64,000 nucleotides of DNA from Paraspadella gotoi (lineage: Eukaryota > Animalia > Chaetognatha). Position 1 is the first letter of the stretch; each line of letters starts with the position of its first letter. The notes beneath the pieces are model-generated. The model did no database searches. It was not told the origin of the DNA and saw nothing but the letters and a program-made list of their open reading frames with translations. Made by a program: the position numbers and the translations under genes. The stretch is from contig CM119263.1 of the NCBI GenBank assembly GCA_051294375.1, positions 516,019 through 580,018 on the forward strand. The letters run 5' to 3'. Shown one piece after another: positions 48,629-60,500 of this stretch.

Positions 48629-51600
48629 CGATGCATCCGAAAATCGATTTGGCATGGGAAAACCAATTATCGATGAGTCATATAACGCAATATTGCGGGG
48701 CGCGTAACGAATATAGATAAAATATAGCGTTATCCCACCGAAAAAATCGCGAAATAGTGACGGCAACGATAACAAAATAAAAAAATTCTAAATACTCTAA
48801 AAAGGGAAAAAAGCAAAAAATATTAAATTTAAATAAGGTCAAAGACGTTAATACATTGCGTTAGCGAGAGAGGCTGAACGGGCCGACCTTTCCGTCGCAC
48901 GATCAGCCCCCACGGACCTCCCGGCCAGCCATGAAGGTAACACCCTCTCCCGACAATGCTCCTTTAGCGTGACGACGTCAACGCAAAGAAACAGTGGAGG
49001 ACTTCCGTCCAAAGGCGCCCTCTATGCCGATCAGTCGACATAGTGCAGAAATGCGAAATAAAACAAATAAATAAACGTAAAAAAAATTGATCAAAAAAAA
49101 AATTTTTTTGGCATTGAGCGGGCACCCCAATAAAAAACAGTTAGCTAAGTGCAGAAAAAATAGGAATCCGCCGGTGAATCGGACTAAAGAAAATGATTAG
49201 AAAATAACAATTTCGCCGCCGCGTTTTACAGGAAACGATCCGTATTCGGAGTCCCAAACCATACTTCGCACAGGAGAATCCAGCTTTTCAGCTGAATTTT
49301 GAATAAAAGCAGAAAAAGCGAAGTAAACGAAATAAAATAACTATTGATCAGAATTGAAAAATATAGTATAAATTCGAAGACGAGCTTTTTCAAAGCTCCG
49401 CAGAAAAAGAGAAAACCTAGCCTTTGAAGAAAGGTTTGAAGCGGCCATCGTCCAAAATAAACAAAAAGGCCCTAATCCTTTCAGGCGCGAAGAGCCGTTA
49501 ACTATTTAGAGAAAAAATAAGCCCGAAAAAGAGCCAAGACGGGCTCGCGCTCTAACGAGGCTTTAATATACTAAGTATAAAAAAGAAAAAAGTTAATATA
49601 AAAATTAACGCGATTTCATTTTTTAAGAAAATTAAAACCCCCTTAATATTAAAAACGCTTCGGATAAAATTTAAAAACTCTAAATAATTATAAAAACTAA
49701 TATTACAGCTCTAAAGCGTTCCCAAGACCATGTTCAAACCATTTCCTCTTTAAACTGGCGACCAGGGCATCGTCTGAAAATAAAGAAAATAAGAACGCCG
49801 TCATAACAACAAACACGACAAATACTGACAGACATAAAATCGTTGGACGTCTTTTTTTTTTTTTTCGTTATTTTAAAGAACAAAACAGAAAAGAAAATCC
49901 ACGCTACTCGAAAACTTTACAATAAAAAATCTGCCGTAGAGAAGGACGGCAGATTGGGTAAATTCCTGGTGCGGTTACGGAGCAGGAGAAAGAAAATATA
50001 ATTACCTGGCCGAGGTACGGACGGCAGGTCTCGGACGAACCCGGAACAAAAATAATAAAAATTTGTCTGGCCGTAGATACGGACGGCAGACGAAAAAATT
50101 TATAATTGAAACATATAGTCCCTGGCCGTATAGAACGGACGCAGAATTAGAAATAAGAAAAGTCTATAATCTAACAATGCACTTTAACCTTCGTCGAACG
50201 TCGTCAGATTGAAATTCCAAGAAGAAGAAGAAACCACTGACCTTAGACGAACGACGAGTCAAACCTTCGTTGTGTTCTGAATTAAAAAAGGCACGAAATA
50301 AAACAATTAAGAAATACCAATATAACGTATTTACAGTTGTGCGGAAAAATGTAGATTTAAAACCTACCTAGGTAGTTTATAATCCAAGTAACATACTTTT
50401 GCCGACTTTATCTGTATACCATAAGCACATTTAATTTAATTGTTTAGGGTGCCTGACTGGGAAAAACCCGTAGACGCGGACAACATGCCGCCGTAATATT
50501 ACTTAACTTACCTGTGCCAAGTTAAGCAAGTAAATCACGTGACATATAACTACCCATATTTAAATAGCTCAGCAGTTTTTTAAACAGGGGAAGGGAGCTT
50601 CCGTTACGCCAAACTATTAAACAATGATTCCGATGTGCCGTAATAAGATTTGCCCCCAATATCTCGCAGAAGGGAGGATAGGGCTGTATACTAAACCGTC
50701 CCGGCAAACAACTCAAAAAAAAAGAAAAGTCAAATCTCAAATATCTCCCCGCACGGGACCCCCATCGGACACCAAAGGCTGCCCACTATATACAAAGAAA
50801 GCGGACGTCGGAGATGGAATTTCAACAACGCCCCTCTTACAAGCTGCTAATCGGACTCACCCTGACCGCGCTGCCCTTAGGCCCTTCGTCCGATCCGAGC
50901 GGAGCTCTTTCCCTTCGGCGATTGAGTGGGGGAAGCGGACGTCTCGAAGAGATGAACGCACGTCGCCCAAACGCCTCGGGGACCTCTCTCTGCGGCGCCG
51001 GCTCCGCAGCGACACTCACTGTGAAGCGGGAGCGCCTCGAAACCCGCCGCACATCTGCCTTTGCTCCTGAAAGGTCCGCTTCAACTTCCTCTCCCGGTTC
51101 ACCTTGCCTTTCTGGAAGTCGAAACAGAGCTTTGGCATCTTCCGTCCACGTCGAACCGGGGGGAAGGGCTGAGGCCTCAATCACCGGCACCGCGGCTTCC
51201 GAACGCGCTCCAGCTCGACGGCGGCGTCAGGCTTTGGCTATAACGGCCGCTGACGCCTTCGCGCCCCTCTCCGAGGTCCCCATCTCGCTCCTCCGCTTCC
51301 GGGTGCAGCAAAATCACTGCTCCTGATGCTGCCTCTTGCAAAATCTTGCACCAACAATCTGGCAAGATCCAGGTCTAACGCGCCGCCTGACTTTCCCGAA
51401 TTTCCAAAAAATAGGCGGCCTCGTCGACATTAGCCGACTCGTCATTTTGACGTTGCGGCGAGACGCCTTATTTCGTCGAAGACGTTGAGCCATACGAGCA
51501 GACTGTTTTTCTGCCGTTTTGCCAGCCGCGTCCTGAAACGACCCAGAGGGCTGCTGGACAGGAAGCAGCTGGTCCCTGCGGCCTAGGTGCGGAGCAATCC

Positions 51601-53050
51601 CTTAACACAGGCATGCGGGCCGCCACGCCAATCGTCCCGCGTGTGAATGCGGTCCGCGAAGAATCGCCGCGACAATTTTGGCCGCCAGAACCTCTTGGCG
51701 ACGACGATGGACGCGCAGCAGGCCTTTGATGAGCCGGAGGCAGAAAACTGCGCCGAACCCAGTTCTCTATTGCGGGACCACCGGTACCTTTATCTCCCCC
51801 GGGTCGAGCTCCCACAGCCTGATCCGAGACGGGAACCCGTGATTTGCGCTGGGAGGCGCCGGGATTATCCGCCGTCATCGGAAGAAGAGGATGGTTCCCG
51901 ACGACGCCCGCCTTCCCTTTTGCGGGACGGAAAGCGCCTCCGAGGAAACCCTTCGGGTGGCCGTCCTCTTGGTCAGAGCTAATGACTCGAAGTCCAGGAC
52001 CAATCTCGCCCTGCCTGGGAGGTGAGGTTGAGTTACGACCGGTTGATTCGTCCAGTCCCACCGAAGTGGGACCTCCGTAGAGTTTACAGGACCTGAACAA
52101 CCCACTTGCCCTGGAGAGCTGTAGGAAGCCGCTGTCATGACTTCCGGAGGAGCCCGAAAGAAGAACAAAGTCCCCTTTAACCGCCAGAACTTGCCCAACA
52201 CACGCCTGAGTGCCTTAAGTTTAGGTCCGGCGGGTATCCTCAGCAGGAGACGCCCGTCCGACACTATGGCGACGACGACCAACCGCTTGAACGTACCGTC
52301 CTTCATGGGGACAGTTATGAAGACGAAGATGGTTTCCCGTCTAGCACCGGAATGTGCACCCCTGATGACACCTAGCACTGGTGGTGGCCCTGCAATTATC
52401 AGCTTTGAAAAATTTAAAATAAAGTTCTTTCCACAACTCAACTTGAACCTCAAAACGGTAACAGAACAAGGATGGTAACTAAACCTGAGAAAAAAGGGAG
52501 AAAAACAAAGGACGTATTGAAAACCCAAAATAAATTGAGGCAGTAAAAAATATTTTTCTTTCTCATTAAAATTTACAAAGTCGCGAACTTCAAATAAACA
52601 GGCCGTGGTTTGACGTACGCTGAAAAATTAATAAATGAATAAAAGAAATCGAGATAACGAATAACGACTGTACGCCAAAATCCCATTTGAACTTACTGTA
52701 CAATGTGAAATTCGTACATAAATTTAAACGAATTCGAATAGAATTTAAAAAATTTTCAATTTTTTAACTGTCAAAATCTGAAGAAAAAATTTTCGAGTAG
52801 GGATCGCACTTGTACGAAAATCGTAAAATAAAATAAATAAAATATTTTTTCTTTAAAAACACCTACTTCCAACACTTAAAATATAAAATAAATTCTTAAA
52901 ATAATGTACTAACCAAAACAAAACAGTTCTGAAGAAACATTGTCTTAAACAGTAAAAATAAAAAATCAAAAATTCAAATCTGAAAAAACATTTAATCTGA
53001 ATTTCTAGTTAGGGTGCAGTCCCTAATGGGGTAAAATTCGATCGAGCGAA
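48629..53050 (-). mobile_element. Unclassified ~4.4-kb CpG-rich insert with frameshifted minus-strand ORFs; probably a large TE
   Basis: Unique in the window; GC-rich coding-like core at 50800-52390; minus-strand splice-like signals; hairpin array at 49928-50145; no recognisable domain. Confidence 0.35.
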
Positions 53051-54039
53051 ATCAAAGGCTATTTCGAACCTGACCGTGAACATGAAGCGACATGTGACGA
53101 TATGCGATGCGTGTGTAGAGAAGCGCATGGTCCTTGCTGTAGTGTCTTTGTTATAACGACGAACTCGTCAGTTATAGCGGAAGCCATTAGTAGCGCGGAG
53201 ATCCGGATCAGCTGCCGACCGTGATGGGACCCGTCCCGCTCCACAGTAGGATACGCGATTACTAGCCCGCCGCACGATCTGGCCGACGTTGGCGGAGGGG
53301 CAGTGCGTGTAGCAGGCTCTGATCAGCCCGCCGCTCTAGGAGCCATGATTCTTACATCAGAGCCACCACATCAGTATGATGAGCGGCGACTAGTCTGATT
53401 GAATCATGTCGGAGTTGAATTCATCGTCAGCTCAGAGATCAAGATCTACCTGGTGAGATTACAGTCTAGATGGGCGTCAGTTCGATGTGCAGAGTCGACG
53501 GGGTAGAGCACACTAGCGAATCATTGCCGTGAGCCGTCCTTCTTCTCGCGGTGCGCGAGTTAGCGTAGTCTTCCCTGGCTGCTGGCGCACCGGTTCTCCT
53601 CAGGGACCGATCTCGAGCGGGGCCGCTGCCACGATGTCGCGGTCAGTCGAAATAGAGGCTGGGTCAGATACAAAGGTGGGGTCGTGTAGCGACTAGGGCT
53701 CCATCTGACTGGGACGTCGTTATAGTCACGACGGAGCAGGTTATAAGTCAATCATATCGACGGCTGCCGCTTTAATACTTGCCATGATTCAGGCATAGGC
53801 AGGACTAGACGTATTGCCTCATAATGTATACCAGAACTCTAGAAGTCATATGCGCGGCCGAGCGCTCACGCCGCATTATGGTGCTGTGCTGACGAACAAT
53901 ACTGAACGTTGAGGCAATGCCTCGCTTCGAGTATCCGTCGACCGATCGATCACTCCAGAGAACGATGTTCGTCCCGCACTCCAGCCACAGAGGGGACAAC
54001 GGGGATCAACCCTTTAACTTTCAAGATTATACTATCCAT

Positions 54040-55652
54040 ATTATATCTTACTATGTTTATCGTGAGCACCTGAAATTCAATGACGGTGCCGCTTAATTTT
54101 GTAGGAATTAGGAGCCAGTGAATAACAGATTGCGAACTGGTCCATCTGACTTGCCTAGTAAAATGGTTTCAAATATCCCATAATCCGTTTCCTTCTTTCT
54201 CTAACTGAGGGATAAGTTAAGTGTTGGACTGAAAGAAAGTTCCTAATCCGCAACTTCTTTCCCGCATTTTTAGTTAACCGAATGTAACAAAGGGCTTGGG
54301 AATGAATACGGGGCCTTATGAAGTTTTAATGAAAAAAAACCAAACGGTTTGCTGTACGCTCGGGGGGAATGGATCACGGAGCCGGTGCAACCCAGGAATA
54401 GAATCGGAACGTATCATGCCTTGCCCGAGACAAACAGTTGAAAGAAAAGCTCGTACGAATGCGAAAAGAAAATGTTGTGGCGGTATATTCACACGCGCCT
54501 CACATCCTCCCTTTGATTAAAGGCCGATCCAACTTTTGGGGTCAGACGGGAATCCCACCATCCCAGGCGTTTTGTGGTTTCCAACCACAAGTCCTAACGA
54601 AACTTCCCCTCTGCATTGGCCAAAAGCGAAGGCTGTCGAGTGGTAACCGTCCAGTGAGGAAATGGTCACAAATGAGCTGCCCCATTCCTAATGGGAAATT
54701 CAGGCAACCCGGCTGTTGCCATAGTTTTCAGATTCATGGTGCTCTAACTAGATTTATCACAACCTAGCGCCATATGAAAGTTCACAGATGATTTCTTAGT
54801 TTTTAAATATCGGCGTCGATTCGTTGTGATGATCGATTCCCACTTCATTGATCAGGTTTATATCAATGTGGGAATTAGATTATTAGTTTTCGGCGTCGAA
54901 AAACAACCATATTTCGCTCCAAACGAGGAGAAATAAAATATCCAGAATATTCTCCGACCTAATAAATCGGAGAAATTTCCCTCGTACTGCCAAGTTATAT
55001 GGGGTGTGAGTTGTGACGAATGTGAATCGAGAAGGGGTGGTAAACTGTATGCGCCGCTCACCGCCGTTTTTCACCGTTCGTGACGCTCCTGGTGACCAGT
55101 TTTGTGACATTTTCGTTACGGCAAGGAAAAATTTGAAATCGCAAAATGGAAACTTTTCTATAAACATTTTAATATTCACTTTTCTAAAATTTCAAACGAG
55201 TGTTATAGACGCGCTTAGAGGAAGAGGAGAGAGTTAATGATTAAATTCGAGTTGTCAGAGAAGGATAGAGAGGACAGAAGAGAGTATTTGAGAGAGGCAG
55301 AAGAGATGATGCGACTATCTCTATCAGTTTATCTGAAATTGCTTTGTTCGTCTTTCTTATGCGACAGCATCACATTTTCTTCATTATTCTTTTCTTTGTC
55401 CTCGATCACGTCGCCTTCCAAAGTTTAACTAACAACGGAGAGACGAGAGAGAGGAGAAGAGAGACGAGAGAGAGAGAGAGAGAGATGACAGAGAGAGACG
55501 ATTGAGAAGCGAGAAGAGAGGAGTAAGAGAGAGAGAAGCAGCAGACGAGAAGAGAGAGAGAAGAGCAGAGAGAGACTTCCAGTTTAGAACTAAGACGACG
55601 GAAAATCTTATGAAGGAATACAAAACATCGTTGATGGCGAGGAAAAGAAGAA

Positions 55653-55693
<41 letters not shown>

Positions 55694-57512
55694 TACAGAC
55701 GACGACGACGCGACGGACAAAGAGGAAGTACGAAAACAGAAACAAAACTCCCTAAGGAAGTCCAAAACAACAACAAACAGAAACAAACTAAAAAACAGAA
55801 AAAGAAAAAACAGAAACGAAACTAATTAACTAAACAACTGACTGAAAACGACGATGATATCGTAACAGCGATAAATTAATATAGAATGGAAATAACTCAA
55901 CAAGAATAATTAACAAGAAGAGGGCGATATCAAAACGCAGAACGGACGACGACGACAACAAACAACGAACGACGAAAACAACACACGACGACGGTACAAG
56001 TAACCTGCGGTTCGCGCTCCTCTCCTCCTCTTTCCCTCTTCCTCTTCCTCTTCTCCGTCTCTCGAATCCGCATAATAAATTCCAGGATAAATTTTGTCAA
56101 AAGAAGAAAGAGATTCTTAAAATTTTTGACTGTCGAAATCAGAAGCCCAAATATTTTTTTTTACTTTTTTTATTTATCATTTTTTTCCCCGTTTTTCCTC
56201 TTTTTTTTTTTTTACGCGAGAGAGAATCTTCGTTTGAAAGGAAAGCGGGGGCAGGCGGGGGCTCTCTGGGTTTATAAAAAAGAAAAGAAAGACACAGTCT
56301 CCTCTTAATTTTTTTTTTGCGAGATAACTATTTGTATTCGATATGTCATTCTTGTCTCCGTCTTGGAGTTTCAATTTCTACATCATTTGTTTTTTAGTTG
56401 CGGCCGCGAGTACTCGCGCGGAGCAACCTCTATAATATTTCACTTTCCGCGGTGTCGGTCGGCGTCCGTGTATGTCTGTCCGTCGATCTGTCCTACTTAC
56501 ATTAAAAACGCTTTATAACTTGTCTATAGTTTGTTGCTCATTAGAAACATCAAATCTAAGTGACTACTTGGCGCGCTTTGCTTTTAAAAAATCTTAGTAG
56601 AAAAAACAAAGTTTAATGATTTTTTAAAGCACACGAATTTGTTTTTATTTAATTATTTGATTGCTAAAAAAAGTTATTAAAACTTTATTTTCTCTACTAT
56701 CAAACTAACAACGAAAAAGAAAGGTTAATAATTCATGTCTACCCAAAGAAAATCTTTATAAACTATAAGGGAATAAATAATGATCATGATAAGTAAAAAA
56801 AGAAAAGTAATGCGGCGCAAGCACCTTGGCAATAAACCGTTCCTTGTTGACGAGTTTTCTCACTGACTTCTTTCTTTTTACTTTTCTTCTCTTCTCTCTC
56901 TTTCTTTTCTTTTTTCTTCTCCTTCTCTCTCTCTTTTCTTTCTTTCCGACCCCTTTCTTCTTTCTTTCTCTTTCTTCTTCTTCTTTCTTGCTTCTTTCCT
57001 TTCATACTTCATTATTTTCTTTCTTTGCAAATTACTCATATATATATGTCGTTAGACACTTAAGTTCCATTCCATAACTTCTCTCATCACACTCTTTTAT
57101 CTAGATGAGATGCATTTCCTCTCCACTTACTTTCTCTCCTTACTTTTTCCAGCTACGCATCCTCTTGCAAGAGCAAAGGAAAGAGGGAATTGGAGCAAGC
57201 GAATCTACAATTTGCTCCAGATCTCTAACGATCGGAAAGACGGCCGGGGGGGCAAAAATGGCAAGCTATATTCCAGCAGGTAAATGTCTAAATGTAATGA
57301 TTGTAATGTTTATTAATGGCAGCTATGATACTGTTGATAATGAATGATAGTTATGGTGCTTTTCTGTTATTAAGGGCACGCAAGACGGCATCAATTAGAC
57401 CTTGAAACGTCCAATTTTTCTAAAAAAAAAGATCGTGAACCCCATTTTATACTACTATGAAAGAGATATATGGAAAGGTTTTTTAAAAAAAATCTTTCCG
57501 TCCTGTTTTTTT
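54040..57512 (+). repeat. Noisy direct copy of about 41140-44257 plus 48505-48628
   Basis: Colinear, with insertion-biased differences. Confidence 0.9.
57153..57279 (+). pseudogene. RASGRF: Insertion-rich copy of RasGRF exon 4 (likely assembly artefact)
   Basis: Same flanks; many homopolymer insertions. Confidence 0.7.
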
Positions 57513-60500
57513 TCTCTCAAATTTACGTAGAACCAAATTCCCTAAAACTCGCATCCCAAACCTTTTTTTCATTAATGTTTTTTATATTTTTGGAATAGGA
57601 AGACTGGAATAACGTAAAATCTTAAGTTACGCGTCTAAATTGGCCTATGGTTTAGGAAGAAATCGAAACAAAAAACAACCAAAAATTCCTCTCCTTTTTC
57701 AACATTTTCCCTCTTCCTAGAGCCTCCACGTAGATTCGATGTCCTTTTTAAGACAACGAAATTCTGAACTTACAATAATTGACCATCTTTCTGAAATCTC
57801 ATTAGTTAGTATGAAGCTTTAACTTCATGTTAAAAAACGGTAGTCTCAAGTTATCTCCGCTTCTTATCACTTAGAAACACTCCAGCGTAAATTTTCTATA
57901 GAGTTAAAAATACCGGTAGACATGATTTCTTCTAATGATTGTTTATCTATCCCATTAACTGCGTAATTTAATATAAGTATGTTTGCGAATTTTTATTCGG
58001 TATAGATATCATTTTTTAAAGATCGAATTCCTCTATAAGAATCTTTCACGTACGTCTTTACTTACATAAAAGTTTTAGTAGACGCCACATATATTCTGAT
58101 ACAATTTCTTATTTTTTTCTTAATTACGCTTTCCCGGAATTCTTTTTCTTCACTTCTTTCTTTCTCTCATTTCTTTTAAATTTTCTTCTTCCCTCTTTCC
58201 CTCTCCTTACTTTCTCTCTCACTCTGTCAATCTTACCTTTTTTGGCGCCCTACTTTTTTCTTCGCCACTCATGCACTTTCCTCAATCATTTTCTCTCCTT
58301 CTCATTCGTCCGTCTTTCCCTTCTTTCCCCTCTTTTTTATTATCCAATTTCCCTCCGTCTCATTTCCTTACCTTCTTAATTTGTCTCACTATATTTTTCT
58401 CCCCCCATTTGCCTTCTTTTTTTTTTGGCCTTATCGCCCTGTCTTTATTCCCTTCCTCTTTCTCTTTTCTTGCTTTTCCATTTCGTCTTTCCTCTCCCAC
58501 ACATCGCATTTACATTGAGCCAAATCAAAGAAAATATTTTAAAAAATGCATTATAAGAAGAAAATCAAACGGCTAGCGTGTGATTTTTCCTTTCAATTTG
58601 GTTGCCTAGCAAATTTACGTAAAATTCGACAGGATTTTGCGGAAAAATTTATTCCGCAATAAATCTCGTCGATTTTTGAGAGAAAAACAAAGGTCCGCCT
58701 GACTGCTTTCCAGTGGAATTAAAAGGGAAGCGGTTTTTTTTTTTGATTTAATTCATAGGTTCAGTAGTATCGTACCTCATCTTGTTAAAACAATAAATGA
58801 GTGAAAAAATTATTCTCGTTATCAAAAAATAAAGTGCCAAGTTCACAAAAAGTCCACAATAAAACGGTCTTTAAAAATTTATTTGTGGCCTAAACCAGAA
58901 AGTTTTTTATGATAATTTCTTAATTAAAGGTTGTTAAAAGCCTTAGTTCATAGGCTAATATTTTGTTCTTGCTGTATATTTCATTCAACGCAATTTGATG
59001 TTTATTTTTGGTTTAACAACATTATGATCAAAGGACTGAACTCCAACTTTTGACTTGTTAACTTTAAAATTAACTTCATAGGCAAAAACTATACATGATT
59101 TAAGCTAATAAAATTTACCCCAAGAGGTAAAGAAAGAAAGAAAGAACGCATTTCCAAAAAGTAAAAAAATCTTTTCTCAACTTTCCTTGGCTTCAAATCA
59201 AGAATGTCGTAAGTAAAAAAATGGACAAAACAATGGACAGTAAATTAGGCTAAAAGTTTGCCAAAATGGTACGTATTTTATCTTAAAAACGGGTTGGAGA
59301 TGTCTTGTAACCAATCTTTTCTCGTTCGCGGCCTTAATTTTGTGTTGTGGTACAAGATTAATCAACATGCTAAGTAAACAACTGAAACAATAGTGGAAAG
59401 AGGGTCGTTTTTTTTTTTTCCCTTAATGCAACTTGTACGCGGAACCTTTAAGCATTTTCCGGCGCGAATTCTGACCTTCCTCTTACAAAACTTTAATCTT
59501 CCGCAGTTAATTTTTTTTCTTAACGAGCGAAGGGAATTCCACAACTTCCCCTGTTATTTTAGATTTCTGGGTAAAAAATTATTATATAAATTACATTAAC
59601 ATGGAGAATATTATGCAAAGTATAATGTCTTGTGAGCTTGCTGAGAAGTTAAGTAATTAAAAAAAAATCGCCTATTTTATTATTCGAAAATGACAAGTAA
59701 AGTGAAGAAGTTGAATGTTCTTCCGGCTCATTTCAGTAAATATCCCTGCTTCCTTAGCACATAATATAAATAAATATGTTATACTTTTTTGCTGGTGGAA
59801 AAGATAATAAATTACTTAGGCTGTGATGCGGTTGGAATATATATTGTTGTAGAATTTTGCAAGCATGCATTGTAATATACAGCTTCAAGCAAATATGTTA
59901 AGTTAAAACAAATTATATTCTTCTATTATCCAAAAAACCTTTAAAGTTTTAACTTAAGTACAATTTAGTCTTTTTTTCTTTCAGAATCACTAAAAAAACA
60001 TTAATTTTATTTATTTTATGGGTTTCATAGTTTTAAAATATCATTATAATTTTGACATAGCTTTGAAGACTGCTACCACCTGTAAAAGAGGTTTCAGCAA
60101 AAATAATTCTAAATATTGTGAACTGTATGCTGCCCACATGATTATAGGCTTCATTTTGACTCATTGCCATTCCCTGTTCTTTGTTCCTTCAAAAAATCAT
60201 CAGGAATATCAGGAAATCAGCGAAAAAATTTTCTCTTAAACCTTCCTTTTAATTTCTTCTTAAATAAAAAATTTCATGTTGTCAAACCCAGACCCAATGA
60301 ACTTACCACGTGGTTTTACTATGAAGAGTTTGGTCAATAAATGAAAAGAAACATTTGGCAAGCTCTTGGACAAGAGGCTTTCTAAATCTCAGTAAATTGA
60401 AGTAATATTTATAACCGTTAACTACCCTAGCCCCATTTACATTTTTTCTCAAAAAGCCAAAAATTTCCCAGTTCATTTCTATAGCTAAACAACAATGCCG

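Noticed and set aside
49756-49768. TGGCGACCAGGG as an LTR primer-binding site
   Set aside because: No adjacent LTR ending in CA, no second LTR, and no plus-strand gag/pol
53050-54040. GC-balanced unique segment with short ORFs; possible foreign or HGT DNA
   Set aside because: Featureless, random-like composition grading into a noisy duplicate, as expected for a low-quality read segment
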